A stretch of 64,000 nucleotides of DNA from an uncultured Parachlamydiaceae bacterium (lineage in GTDB: Bacteria; Chlamydiota; Chlamydiia; Chlamydiales; Parachlamydiaceae). The stretch covers positions 288,001 to 352,000 of the forward strand of contig CAVULX010000003.1 of the NCBI GenBank assembly GCA_963742415.1. The letters are read 5' to 3'. The notes beneath the pieces were generated by a model. That model had not been told where the DNA came from. It was given only the letters and a program-made list of their open reading frames with translations, and ran no database searches. The position numbers and the translations under genes are program-made. This document shows, piece after piece, positions 1-9,540 of this stretch; position 1 is the stretch's first letter; each line of letters starts with the position of its first letter.

Positions 1-1
1 T

Positions 2-436
2 AGATTTGTCATTATAAACTATTTGCATCGATGCTAAGCCGGGCTTTACATACTTCGTTAAAAATTCAATGGAACAGTTCTTCATTCCTTCATCATTACT
101 ATGACAATAATTTTGGATAAAGGCATCGATCTCCTCGCGAAGCCCTAACAGGTGGTTATGATGGGCATGATAGCCTGTCAAGTTTAGAACTCTCCTTGAA
201 GCACCTTGAGCGTTGTATCCCCACCAATTATAATCCTTGTAAGCCATTGCAACCAACTTGCCATCTTCGAGTTTATAGCGCGTCCCTTCATCCTTCTTTT
301 GATCTTCAATCAAAGGATGCAAGGCGATTTCTAAAAGCGCTAAAAACCCATAGATTTTAGGAGGGCCATTACTGTTTGCATTAAATTGTGGGGCGAATCC
401 AGGTGTACCACTAGAATTTCTTCTTGCAGGGTCCAT
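2..436 (-). CDS. hypothetical protein, runs off the left edge of the window
   Basis: Read manually: ATG at 436 preceded by GGAG; open frame MDPARRNSSGTPGFAPQF...IVYNDKS to the window edge. Confidence 0.7.
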   Translation of the reverse strand, partial: MDPARRNSSGTPGFAPQFNANSNGPPKIYGFLALLEIALHPLIEDQKKDEGTRYKLEDGKLVAMAYKDYNWWGYNAQGASRRVLNLTGYHAHHNHLLGLREEIDAFIQNYCHSNDEGMKNCSIEFLTKYVKPGLASMQIVYNDKS

Positions 437-548
437 ATTGAACTCCAATTTATAATTTAATATTAGTCTTAACTATAACCTTAAGCTAGACGTATTAAGG
501 ATAATTTTCAATGTTTATACCGAAAGTATACTCCCTTAGGCAACCTTT

Positions 549-1337
549 TTACCATTTGGCTAGGGGGGGCATTGAACATAGGATCGCTTCAGGGTTCCCT
601 CCGGAAGAAAACCCAAACTTCGTACCTCGGTCATAGAGCAAGTTGAACTCAACATAGTGCGCGCGGAACTCCAATTGCAGTTCCCGCTGTTCTCGCGTGA
701 AAGGGGCCTTAATACGCCGGCGATAGATGGGCAAGATGGTCTCTAAAAAGTGACTTCCAATGCTTTTCCACAGGGCAAAATCTCGGTCGAAATTTCCGGT
801 GCTGTAATGATCAAAAAAAATCCCTCCAACACCTCTTTCTTTCCTCCAATGGGGAATGTAAAAATATTCTTTAGCATTCTGGGAAAAACGGGGATATAAA
901 GTTTCATCGAAAGGATCTAACGTCTTTTTAGCGATGGCATGGAAATGCTCCGTATCCTCTTGATATACAAACCCCATCGGAGTTAAATCAAAACCCCCTC
1001 CAAACCAAGTTTTTTGCTCCGTTTCTATATAACGGATGTTCATATGCACGGTAGGTGCATGGGGGTTTGCCATGTGGGTAATCAGACTAATCCCCGTCGC
1101 AAAAAAGGGGCCTGTTCCATCTTGCATAGGAAAATTATCTCCCGAGACCCCTGACCAATTGACCGCAGCCTTTTCGAACACATCCCCTCGTAATATCCCG
1201 ATCTCCCCACCCCCGCCGGAATGATGCTTCCAAGGCTTTCGCTGAAATTTACGCGCCAGTTCCAAATTTTCGAAAGCGGTGATGATATTGTCTCTAAGAC
1301 TTTTGAGAAATGGAACGATGATTTCTTGGCGGCTCAC
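549..1337 (-). CDS. hemF: oxygen-dependent coproporphyrinogen III oxidase
   Basis: Motifs FEKAAVNWS, HMANPHAPTVHMNIRY, WFGGGFDLTP, YVEFNLLYDRGTKFG; probable GTG start at 1337 overlapping the upstream TGA (the ORF track extends it to 1433). Confidence 0.93.
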   Translation of the reverse strand: MSRQEIIVPFLKSLRDNIITAFENLELARKFQRKPWKHHSGGGGEIGILRGDVFEKAAVNWSGVSGDNFPMQDGTGPFFATGISLITHMANPHAPTVHMNIRYIETEQKTWFGGGFDLTPMGFVYQEDTEHFHAIAKKTLDPFDETLYPRFSQNAKEYFYIPHWRKERGVGGIFFDHYSTGNFDRDFALWKSIGSHFLETILPIYRRRIKAPFTREQRELQLEFRAHYVEFNLLYDRGTKFGFSSGGNPEAILCSMPPLAKW

Positions 1338-2098
1338 GGAACACACCACTGGGGACAGCAATCCATAGCAAAATCCCCATAAATATGCCCCGACACGTTC
1401 GAAGAAGGATCTATTATTACTTTTCCACGGCATGACTTAAAATAAATATCTCCGTCTACAAAAGAACCTTTCTCTAAGCGGACGACAAATAAATTAGGGC
1501 ATGATTTTGAGGGATATATAAAGAGAGAGCCTGTTTTCGAATTCTTCAACGTGATGATGCTGGCACAAGAATGAATGTCTTTGGCAAAACAACATCTTTC
1601 CGCCTCCACATCGCCGCTCACAAAAACGTCTTCTTGATATGTTGAATTCACAGTCATCAGTTGCTTTCCAACAAAGAATTCATCCGAAATTTTACTGCCA
1701 TAAATATAAGCAGGGCCTCTTATCCGTGATAATCCATGAATATTGCTATTCTCAATCCATGCTTCTTCCCCAATCGATAATTTATTGAGATCGGAACCGC
1801 AAGCGGTGAGACTTTTATCTGTCGAGACACCCAATTTCACCCAGCTATTTTCGAAATTGAGATCCCCACCTAGAGTGTCAACCCAGTCGGTCGTTTCATT
1901 TTTGTAACTAACAGCTCCTTGACTAGCCTTCATTGTCGGAAGTACCGTTGCAGAAATGACTTCTGCTGCCATGATATCTTCAACACACTCATAGGGGAGC
2001 TCGCCACGGGGGTCCTTATTGGGTTTACAGCAGCCCTGTAAGAAGAAAAACGTTATAAATGCAAAACCAAAACATTTTACAAGGATCCCCCATTTCAT
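1334..2098 (-). CDS. putative lipoprotein with beta-helix-like repeats
   Basis: Hydrophobic N-terminus ending LQG-C; repetitive V/I-x-G-D-I/V strands; coupled to both neighbours. Confidence 0.6.
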   Translation of the reverse strand: MKWGILVKCFGFAFITFFFLQGCCKPNKDPRGELPYECVEDIMAAEVISATVLPTMKASQGAVSYKNETTDWVDTLGGDLNFENSWVKLGVSTDKSLTACGSDLNKLSIGEEAWIENSNIHGLSRIRGPAYIYGSKISDEFFVGKQLMTVNSTYQEDVFVSGDVEAERCCFAKDIHSCASIITLKNSKTGSLFIYPSKSCPNLFVVRLEKGSFVDGDIYFKSCRGKVIIDPSSNVSGHIYGDFAMDCCPQWCVP

Positions 2099-3324
2099 GC
2101 TCCACATCCTATTCTGTAAGCTAATTCTTCCACTAAAGCCTCAAAATCAGGAAAAGAGTCCCCTTCATTTTCATTAGTTCCGCAAGAATTTTTTTGCCTT
2201 ACAGCCACAATTTTCATCCCAGGAAATACCACTAATTGCTGCCCTTTAAACCCTTTTGCCGCGAAAGAGCGCACTCCCCCAATATGCCAACGTGCAAACG
2301 GAAGGTGGTTTTCATTCGCTTGTTTCCAAAAAAGCTCCACATTCTCCTTCGATCCCAAAATGTCGAAAACTTCCTGGCCAAAGTAATTACACCCCCATGG
2401 TGTTGTTGAATGAACTTCCAAATTAACGACACACCCTTCCAGCGACCGGAGTCGTTGAATAAACGCGGGTTGAATTCCTGCACACTCATATTGCTCTAAG
2501 AGCGGGTCATCCCAATAGCAACCGATGTTGTAGTAGTTAAGCCACCACAACACACCATAAAAAGGATTAACACATTGATGAGGCTTTAAAATAAAATTAA
2601 TCCACGCGGAGCTAATCAAACGGTTCCCTTTATAACATCCCCCATTTTCAAGAAGTTCACCGATTTTCACTAAATCGGGAGCTGTCATAATCAGATGCGC
2701 ACAGGCATAGTCGTTTCCTTGAGGATCAGACAACCAAGACACATTTTCGATTCCTAGCGGAGTAAATAGCTTGGCTTTTAAATAATGACTTAAGGACATA
2801 CAAGAAGCTTTTTTAACAATGCCTGAAAGGAGGTTTATCGCTTTGTTATTATCCAAAAGCTCATCTCCCGGAACCGCCGAAAGTTCCGCACAAAGCGCAA
2901 AATTGACAATGTTTTGCACGAGATTAATCTTGTCATTTTCATCGTATTGGATGCCTGAAGTTTGATCTAAAAGGTGGCGAATCGTGATCCCTTTTTTATA
3001 GCCCTGATTCCATTCCGGATAAAAGTGATACACGGGTACATCCACAGAATCCAATTTCTTTTCATCAATTAATATTCCAATCGCAAGGGCTACTATGGAC
3101 TTCGTGATAGACATGGTATCGACGGGCTCCCAAAAGGGCCCTGATCGATATTCCAAAATAGGTCGGCCACAATGTGTAATCAGCACAGCTGTCGATTTGG
3201 ATTCCCTCGCACGTTCTGTTATGCGGCATAAAATGCTTTCTAAATCTGCGTTTAAAAATGAAAATATTCCAAACGAAGCAAACCAAATGGTGATAAGCAG
3301 CCTAAAAAAAACACCTCTTTTCAT
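2095..3324 (-). CDS. serine hydrolase, beta-lactamase/AmpC-like family, signal peptide
   Basis: SITK (SxxK), ITIRHLLDQTSGI, YGVLWW, AKGFKGQQLVVFP. Confidence 0.85.
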   Translation of the reverse strand: MKRGVFFRLLITIWFASFGIFSFLNADLESILCRITERARESKSTAVLITHCGRPILEYRSGPFWEPVDTMSITKSIVALAIGILIDEKKLDSVDVPVYHFYPEWNQGYKKGITIRHLLDQTSGIQYDENDKINLVQNIVNFALCAELSAVPGDELLDNNKAINLLSGIVKKASCMSLSHYLKAKLFTPLGIENVSWLSDPQGNDYACAHLIMTAPDLVKIGELLENGGCYKGNRLISSAWINFILKPHQCVNPFYGVLWWLNYYNIGCYWDDPLLEQYECAGIQPAFIQRLRSLEGCVVNLEVHSTTPWGCNYFGQEVFDILGSKENVELFWKQANENHLPFARWHIGGVRSFAAKGFKGQQLVVFPGMKIVAVRQKNSCGTNENEGDSFPDFEALVEELAYRIGCGA

Positions 3325-3493
3325 GTTAGATCCTCAGTAGTAAAAAAAATATTTAGTTCATATCTAAACAAAAAAATAGATAACCCAAATGGAATATTAT
3401 TATCGAGAAAAACTTTTTGAGATTCTTGGCAGAATCGACCTGAAATAAATATTGTAAGTTGAAAATTACTGAGTGTAATCAAGTTTAAAAAAC

Positions 3494-3545
3494 CTCTGTT
3501 TTCTCTGTGGTTTATTAAAATTCAACCACAGAGATCACGGAGAGA
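3494..3545. repeat. REP-like palindrome / possible terminator
   Basis: TCTCTGTGGTT (3502-3512) pairs with AACCACAGAGA (3524-3534), with an imperfect outer extension. Confidence 0.55.
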
Positions 3546-3591
3546 CAATAAATTTAATTATTTGCAAATTACGTTAAATATTGAAAATATT

Positions 3592-4233
3592 CTAAGAGGC
3601 TGTTTCCAAGAGCTCAACTTCCCCAGATTTCAAATTATAATACCCGCCGACAATTTTCAGCTTCCCCTCTTCAATTAACCGCCCTAAAACCGGTGTAGCT
3701 TTTAATTGTTGAACAACATTGCGGACATTGGCTTTTACGGCCTTTTCCACAGCATTAGGCATCGTCAACGAAATTCCTTTGATCGATTGTTCGATTTTTT
3801 CGGCTACAGCCTCAATGTTGGATGTCTGGTGATGAAGCACGGCATTCACAGCCCCGCAATTTTCATGTCCCATGACTAAAACCAAAGAAGCATGCAAATA
3901 AAATGCAGAATATTCAATGCTATCCAGCTCAATGTCGCCAACAACATTTCCAGCGATACGCACCACAAATAAGTCGCCAATCCCTTGGTCAAAGACAATT
4001 TCAGGGGAAACACGGGAGTCTGAACATCCAAGGATTGTAGCAAAAGGTTCTTGAGCTGCCTGTAAAGATTCCCTTCTTTCCAGAGATCGATTAGGGTGTT
4101 CTAACCGGTCATTCATGTAGCGTTGATTTCCTTTTTGAAGTCTATCCAAGGCTTCTTTCGGAGGAATAGCAGATACAGACAAGGGGACTAGAACAAAAAT
4201 GCTCAATGTTAATACAATGAAAAAATAATGCAT
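3592..4233 (-). CDS. beta-class carbonic anhydrase with signal peptide
   Basis: GCSDSRV, GDLFVVRIAGN and GHENCGA zinc motifs. Confidence 0.93.
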   Translation of the reverse strand: MHYFFIVLTLSIFVLVPLSVSAIPPKEALDRLQKGNQRYMNDRLEHPNRSLERRESLQAAQEPFATILGCSDSRVSPEIVFDQGIGDLFVVRIAGNVVGDIELDSIEYSAFYLHASLVLVMGHENCGAVNAVLHHQTSNIEAVAEKIEQSIKGISLTMPNAVEKAVKANVRNVVQQLKATPVLGRLIEEGKLKIVGGYYNLKSGEVELLETAS

Positions 4234-4401
4234 AAAGACCTTTTTTCAGAAATATAGCGATATGGATATAAACAGCAAAGGAAAAAAACAATGTTGAAAA
4301 AAGAAAGCTGTGATTTTTATGAGACCGCAGCCAGAATCTTAAAATTGCGGATATTGAATAGATTTATAATTTTTTTAAATAAATATCTTTAACATTAAAA
4401 G

Positions 4402-5079
4402 GTGGCTACAATGAATCCAATAACTATAACAGGTGAAAAAAAATTTGTTTCATTTATTAATAGTTTTCAAAGTAAACAAATCCAAACACCTGAACAATAT
4501 AATAAAATTGTAAAGGCAGCTGAATCTCTCTTTAATGAACTTAGCAGACTTGACCCTGATTCCAAAGAGTATAGAAAGAAAAAAGACAAATTTTACAAAT
4601 ATAATGGCCTGATTTATCAATACAAATACCAAATGAAAAAATATTCAACCAATAGTGAGCCAAATTCAACTCTTTCTAAACGTAAACGAAAAGATGATCA
4701 CATTGGACCAAATAAAAAGCTCAAACATGATGGAAACAGTGAGAAAAGTAGCAATGATAGCATAGACTGCATAATAATTATTGAAGAAAACTATCAAAAA
4801 GATATCGCTTATTTAAACTCGGAAATAGAAAAAAAAACTAATAGAATAAATGAGCTAGAATTTAGCAATTTTTTAATCGATGAGAATAGCCATAAATACA
4901 AAGGAAAATACAAAGATGAAAAAAGAATGAAAGAAGAGCAATACGAAAAGTTAATAGACATGGTTAAAAAAGCTAACGGGAAACTCTTAAGCTTGGAAGA
5001 GCAAATGGGGGAAAAAGATGAAAAACTGGAAAAATTAAATAACAAGATTAATGGTATAAAAATAATCTTAGAAAATTGA
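4402..5079 (+). CDS. hypothetical K/E/N-rich coiled-coil protein
   Basis: 225-aa AT-rich ORF with a heptad-like C-terminus and the basic cluster KRKRK...KKLK. Confidence 0.7.
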   Translation: MATMNPITITGEKKFVSFINSFQSKQIQTPEQYNKIVKAAESLFNELSRLDPDSKEYRKKKDKFYKYNGLIYQYKYQMKKYSTNSEPNSTLSKRKRKDDHIGPNKKLKHDGNSEKSSNDSIDCIIIIEENYQKDIAYLNSEIEKKTNRINELEFSNFLIDENSHKYKGKYKDEKRMKEEQYEKLIDMVKKANGKLLSLEEQMGEKDEKLEKLNNKINGIKIILEN

Positions 5080-5093
5080 ACTTTTAAAAACCC

Positions 5094-5244
5094 CATACGC
5101 ATCAAGCTAATGTAAACATTTGTACCAGGCAGGCTGAAAGCCTGCAAATGATTATACATGATATTACCTGGGACGCTGCCCCAGGCTATTGTAAACCAGG
5201 CTTTCAGCCTGGTAAAAATGGTTTACCTTAGCTTGATGCGTATG
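5094..5244. repeat. MITE/REP-like palindromic element
   Basis: Perfect 17-bp terminal IR CATACGCATCAAGCTAA/TTAGCTTGATGCGTATG; internal hairpins AGGCTGAAAGCCT, CCTGGG..CCCAGG and AGGCTTTCAGCCT. Confidence 0.75.
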
Positions 5245-5369
5245 CGGCTTGCCGCCGCGCTCCAAAAAACTGTCAAACTCGAAGACCTGAAAACGTCCAA
5301 ACTTAAAATTCCCCTCGTGAATTTATGTTGATTAAGAAACGTCCAAACTGATGTTTGTGTTGATTGATT

Positions 5370-6053
5370 TCAAATCAGGGACAGATTGACAAAAGTGGCT
5401 TTCGATAAATCCTTAATTTTCTCCACCGACCACGATTCGTTTCCGAAATCTCCAGGATAGCAACTATAAGCCATATGTGCATAGGTTTTGGAAATTTCAA
5501 GTGCTGCTTTCTTAACAAGAAAAAAATTCTTGAATACCTCTTCATCTATCTTTTCTTTCGACGCCTGTTGGGTTTCTGACAACATTTTTAATAAGCCTTC
5601 TAGATTGTAACTTTTCAATGCCATGGCAATCTGTTCACTATTTTCTCCAGAGGGTACAAATGCCATTGAGAGACCATTAAGAATGGTTGCATAAAAGGAT
5701 TTTTCCTGTTCATCCAAAAAATTAATCTGCTCATTTACTTCAGCATCCGAAGGAGTATACGAACTAAGTTTAAATTGCTGAAAGACAGTTGAAATCCTGT
5801 TTAATTTTTCTTGAGGTATAGGGGTACCTTTTTTTTCGTTCACATTGTTAAGATGAGCTAGAAATAAGGTATTAGCAACCTCTTGAGTAATTTTTGCAAG
5901 CGCATTTTTTACTGCCGCCAACTGAAAATCATTAAAGCTACCATGTGATAATACCGCACGGCCATTGATCGTGCGTAAAGATATCCCTCTTTCATCAGGG
6001 TTTCTTTGTGTTTTCATTTGTGGAACATTAATAAATAAGTCTATCGACAACAT
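5370..6053 (-). CDS. hypothetical protein
   Basis: 227-aa ORF directly downstream of fadJ; no recognisable motif. Confidence 0.7.
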   Translation of the reverse strand: MLSIDLFINVPQMKTQRNPDERGISLRTINGRAVLSHGSFNDFQLAAVKNALAKITQEVANTLFLAHLNNVNEKKGTPIPQEKLNRISTVFQQFKLSSYTPSDAEVNEQINFLDEQEKSFYATILNGLSMAFVPSGENSEQIAMALKSYNLEGLLKMLSETQQASKEKIDEEVFKNFFLVKKAALEISKTYAHMAYSCYPGDFGNESWSVEKIKDLSKATFVNLSLI

Positions 6054-6081
6054 AATCTTCTTTGTCCTTTTTATGATTTAT

Positions 6082-8229
6082 TCAATAAAATTTGCGGTTC
6101 GATCTTCGCATATCTAACAATAAATCACAAGGAGCAAAACGGCTTCCAACACTATCTGAAAATTTTTCTAAATGGTCGACGACATAGTTAATGCCTAAGC
6201 TGTCAGCATATCTTAGAAGCCCTCCTCTAAAGGGGGGAAAGCCCACACCCATAATCAAAGCCATATCTAAGTAATCGGGCCGTCCAATGATTTTTTCCTC
6301 CAGGCATCGGGCTCCTTCGTTAATCATGTTCAAGAGAACGCGATCGTTCATCTCTATTTCTGAAAGCGGTTTTTCCCTTTTCTCTCCATCCTTAATCATT
6401 TGCAGAACTTCTGGATTGAATTTCTTCTTTTTTCCTTCGTAAATGTAAAACCCTTTTCCCACTTTTTTTCCTAACAACTGTTTTTCACACATTTCAGCTA
6501 GGATTTTAGGATCTTTCATCCGTTCCCCATAGGCTCCTTCCAAGATCTTGTTAACTTTATGCATCACATCAACCCCCACTTCGTCCGCTAACACAAAGGG
6601 GGGCATAGGAAAGCCAAAATTCAACATCATTCGATCTAACTGTTCGTGGGGAACCTGTTCTTCAAAAAGGCGAAAAACTTCATTGGCGCCTATTGAAAAG
6701 ATCCGATTGACCAAGAAGCCCGCACAATTGCCTACCACCATGGGTGTTTTACCAATTTTTTTACAAAAATCAACTATTGTAGCCACTGTTTGGTCACTGG
6801 TTTTTTCTCCGCGAATAATTTCAATTAAAGGCATTCGGGGAACAGGATTAAAAAAATGCATCCCGATAAACCTATCGGGGTACTTTAAAGATTTGGCCAT
6901 TTCTGTAATGTTGATTGAAGATGTATTAGAGGCAATAATCGCTTCGCGCGGAATCTGACTTTCAAGTTCTTGATAAATTTTTAACTTCAAGTCCAAATTT
7001 TCTGTCGCCGCTTCAATGACAAGGTCGACATGTTGAAACCCCACCATCTCTGTGGCGGTAGTGAGCTTTTGGAACTTGAGCGCAGCTTCTGATGGTTTAA
7101 TTCTTTTCTTTTTGACACCCTCGTCATAAAGGCCTTTGATGACGCCATAGCCTTTGCCTATAGCAGCAGCATCTACATCTTTCATCCGTACATGATAATC
7201 GTTATTGGTCAACTGCCAAGCAATACCGCTGCCCATGACTCCCGCTCCAATGACTCCTGTAGAAGCGATTTTTTTTTGTTTGACCTCTCCAGAAACTCCA
7301 GGGTCTTTTTTTAAGGCTTCTTGGGTAAAAAATAAAGCGATAAGATTTTTCGATATCGGCGCAGCCTCGGACAGGTGGGTCAGGATCGTTTGCGCTTCAC
7401 GCTTTAGACCTTCCTGCAAAGAAAGCCCCGCTGTTTCTTTTAAAAGCTTGATTGCCAAAAGGGGTGCGGGATAATGGCCGCGCGTTTTCTGCAGGACCTC
7501 CTTTTTTGCCTTATAAAAAAGGAGGTTCCTCCCTATTGGATTGGCTTCTAAAAGCCAATGCTTCATCCCTCGCAGCTTTCTTTTACTCAGAACGTCCTTT
7601 TTTCCTCGCGGAGTCAGAATGAGGGAAACAAATTCTCCAATTTTTTCCTCTTTGAATTCATGAGGAACCAAAACATCAGCCAAATGTATTTTCCAGGCTT
7701 TTTGGGCTTTGACCGGTTTAGCCCCTACAATTAGCCCTGTAGCTTCTGCAAGGCCTACAAGCCTTGGCAGCCGTTGCGTTCCTCCCCATCCAGGAATGAT
7801 TCCCAAAGACACTTCGGGCAGTCCTAGCTGTGTTTTAGCTGAGTCTGTGACCATCCGATAAGTGCAGCTTAAGGCCAATTCCAGCCCCCCTCCCAAACAC
7901 GCCCCGTGAATATAAGCTACTGTTGGAAATGGGAGATTCGACAGCTTATTGAAGACCCGGTGTCCGGTTTGAATGATTGTTTCAGCAAAGGAGGGATCTT
8001 TGAAGACCGCATCAAAGCTATGGAGATCCGCACCGGCGATAAAAACATCCTCTTTTCCGCTTGTTAAAACCAAAGCTTTTATGTCTTTATTATCTTTTAT
8101 CTGGTCGATAATCCCTTCCAATTCTTCTACAACAGGAAGTGACAGCTTGTTTACTTTTTCATTGGGAAGGTCAAAGATGAGGCGGGCGACCCCGTTATCT
8201 CCCATGGAATATTGAAAGGCATTCGGCAT
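6082..8229 (-). CDS. fadJ: fatty acid oxidation complex alpha subunit (enoyl-CoA hydratase/3-hydroxyacyl-CoA dehydrogenase)
   Basis: [59 protein letters not shown]. Confidence 0.92.
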   Translation of the reverse strand: MPNAFQYSMGDNGVARLIFDLPNEKVNKLSLPVVEELEGIIDQIKDNKDIKALVLTSGKEDVFIAGADLHSFDAVFKDPSFAETIIQTGHRVFNKLSNLPFPTVAYIHGACLGGGLELALSCTYRMVTDSAKTQLGLPEVSLGIIPGWGGTQRLPRLVGLAEATGLIVGAKPVKAQKAWKIHLADVLVPHEFKEEKIGEFVSLILTPRGKKDVLSKRKLRGMKHWLLEANPIGRNLLFYKAKKEVLQKTRGHYPAPLLAIKLLKETAGLSLQEGLKREAQTILTHLSEAAPISKNLIALFFTQEALKKDPGVSGEVKQKKIASTGVIGAGVMGSGIAWQLTNNDYHVRMKDVDAAAIGKGYGVIKGLYDEGVKKKRIKPSEAALKFQKLTTATEMVGFQHVDLVIEAATENLDLKLKIYQELESQIPREAIIASNTSSINITEMAKSLKYPDRFIGMHFFNPVPRMPLIEIIRGEKTSDQTVATIVDFCKKIGKTPMVVGNCAGFLVNRIFSIGANEVFRLFEEQVPHEQLDRMMLNFGFPMPPFVLADEVGVDVMHKVNKILEGAYGERMKDPKILAEMCEKQLLGKKVGKGFYIYEGKKKKFNPEVLQMIKDGEKREKPLSEIEMNDRVLLNMINEGARCLEEKIIGRPDYLDMALIMGVGFPPFRGGLLRYADSLGINYVVDHLEKFSDSVGSRFAPCDLLLDMRRSNRKFY

Positions 8230-8262
8230 GAAAAATCTCCTAAGTCAAGTTTTAGGGTTTTC

Positions 8263-9540
8263 TTATAACTCAATTAGAACGGCTTCACCTTGGCCTCCGC
8301 CTACACATAAAGAGGCTATGCCAAGTTTTTTATTTCGACGTTTTAATTCTTTCAACAGAGTAAGGACGAGCCGGGTTCCAGATGCTCCCAAGGGGTGGCC
8401 TAAAGCAATTGCCCCTCCATTTACGTTGAGCTTATCCATCTCAATCTGACCTAAGGGCTGCTCACGGTTTAATTCCCTTTGGCAAAATTCTTTCGAATTA
8501 CAGGCTTTGACTACAGCAAGCACTTGAGACGCAAAAGCCTCGTTAATTTCTATAAGATCGATATCGGATAATTTTTTGCCTGTTTTTGCCAAGAGTTTAG
8601 AGATGGCATATGCCGGACCCAATCCCATACGGCTGGGGTCTAAAGCGGCATAGGCATAATCGACTAAATACCCTATGGGTTTTAAGCCAAGCTCTTTTGC
8701 TTTCGATTCTGTCATCAACAGTACTGCAGCCGCGCCGTCGGTGACTTGGCTTGAATTGCCTGCCGTGACTGTTCCTGTCGTTTTTTCGAACGCCGGTTTT
8801 AACGCTTTTAGCCCCTCCAATGTGGTATTAGCCCTAGGGCCTTCATCTTGTAGTTGTAAAGTCTGACATTTAGGAGGGATCGGAACAGGAACGATCTCCT
8901 CTTTTAATCTTCCTTCAGCGGTGGCTTTTGCCGCACGTTCTTGGCTCATCAAGGCAAATTTATCCTGCTCTTCACGGGAAATGTGAAAATCTCTGACGAG
9001 GTTTTCGGCGGTCTGTCCCATGCTTAGTCCACAAATGGGATCGGCAATTTCAGGGATCTCAGGGATCAAAAATGAGGGGCGGAATGAAAACAAAGTTTGC
9101 AATTTTTGCTTCCAGCCTCGTGCTTTGTTGAGCTTTTGTAAAAAATTCCTCATTTTTTTGGAAAAAAGGACCGGAAAGGCACTCATCGACTCGGTTCCCC
9201 CTGCAATAATCACGTCCGCTTCTCCCATCCATATTTTATTGGCGGCTGTGGCAATGGCTTCCATTCCAGAAGCACAATTGCGATTGACGGTAAACGCCGG
9301 AACATCGTTCGGCAGCCCCCCTTTGATAGATACCACTCGGGCAATGTTAGTGGCATGGGGGGGTTGCAGGACATTGCCAAAAATCAACTCATCCACTTTC
9401 TCAGGCGGAAATCCTGTCCGGGCGAGCAATTCTTTAACCGGATAAGCCCCTAAATCATCCGCCTCCATATCTTTAAGAACTCCGCCTCCTTTGCAGAAGG
9501 GGGTTCTTATGCCGTCTATAATAGCAATACGTTCTTTCAT
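8263..9540 (-). CDS. fadI: 3-ketoacyl-CoA thiolase
   Basis: [29 protein letters not shown]. Confidence 0.92.
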   Translation of the reverse strand: MKERIAIIDGIRTPFCKGGGVLKDMEADDLGAYPVKELLARTGFPPEKVDELIFGNVLQPPHATNIARVVSIKGGLPNDVPAFTVNRNCASGMEAIATAANKIWMGEADVIIAGGTESMSAFPVLFSKKMRNFLQKLNKARGWKQKLQTLFSFRPSFLIPEIPEIADPICGLSMGQTAENLVRDFHISREEQDKFALMSQERAAKATAEGRLKEEIVPVPIPPKCQTLQLQDEGPRANTTLEGLKALKPAFEKTTGTVTAGNSSQVTDGAAAVLLMTESKAKELGLKPIGYLVDYAYAALDPSRMGLGPAYAISKLLAKTGKKLSDIDLIEINEAFASQVLAVVKACNSKEFCQRELNREQPLGQIEMDKLNVNGGAIALGHPLGASGTRLVLTLLKELKRRNKKLGIASLCVGGGQGEAVLIEL

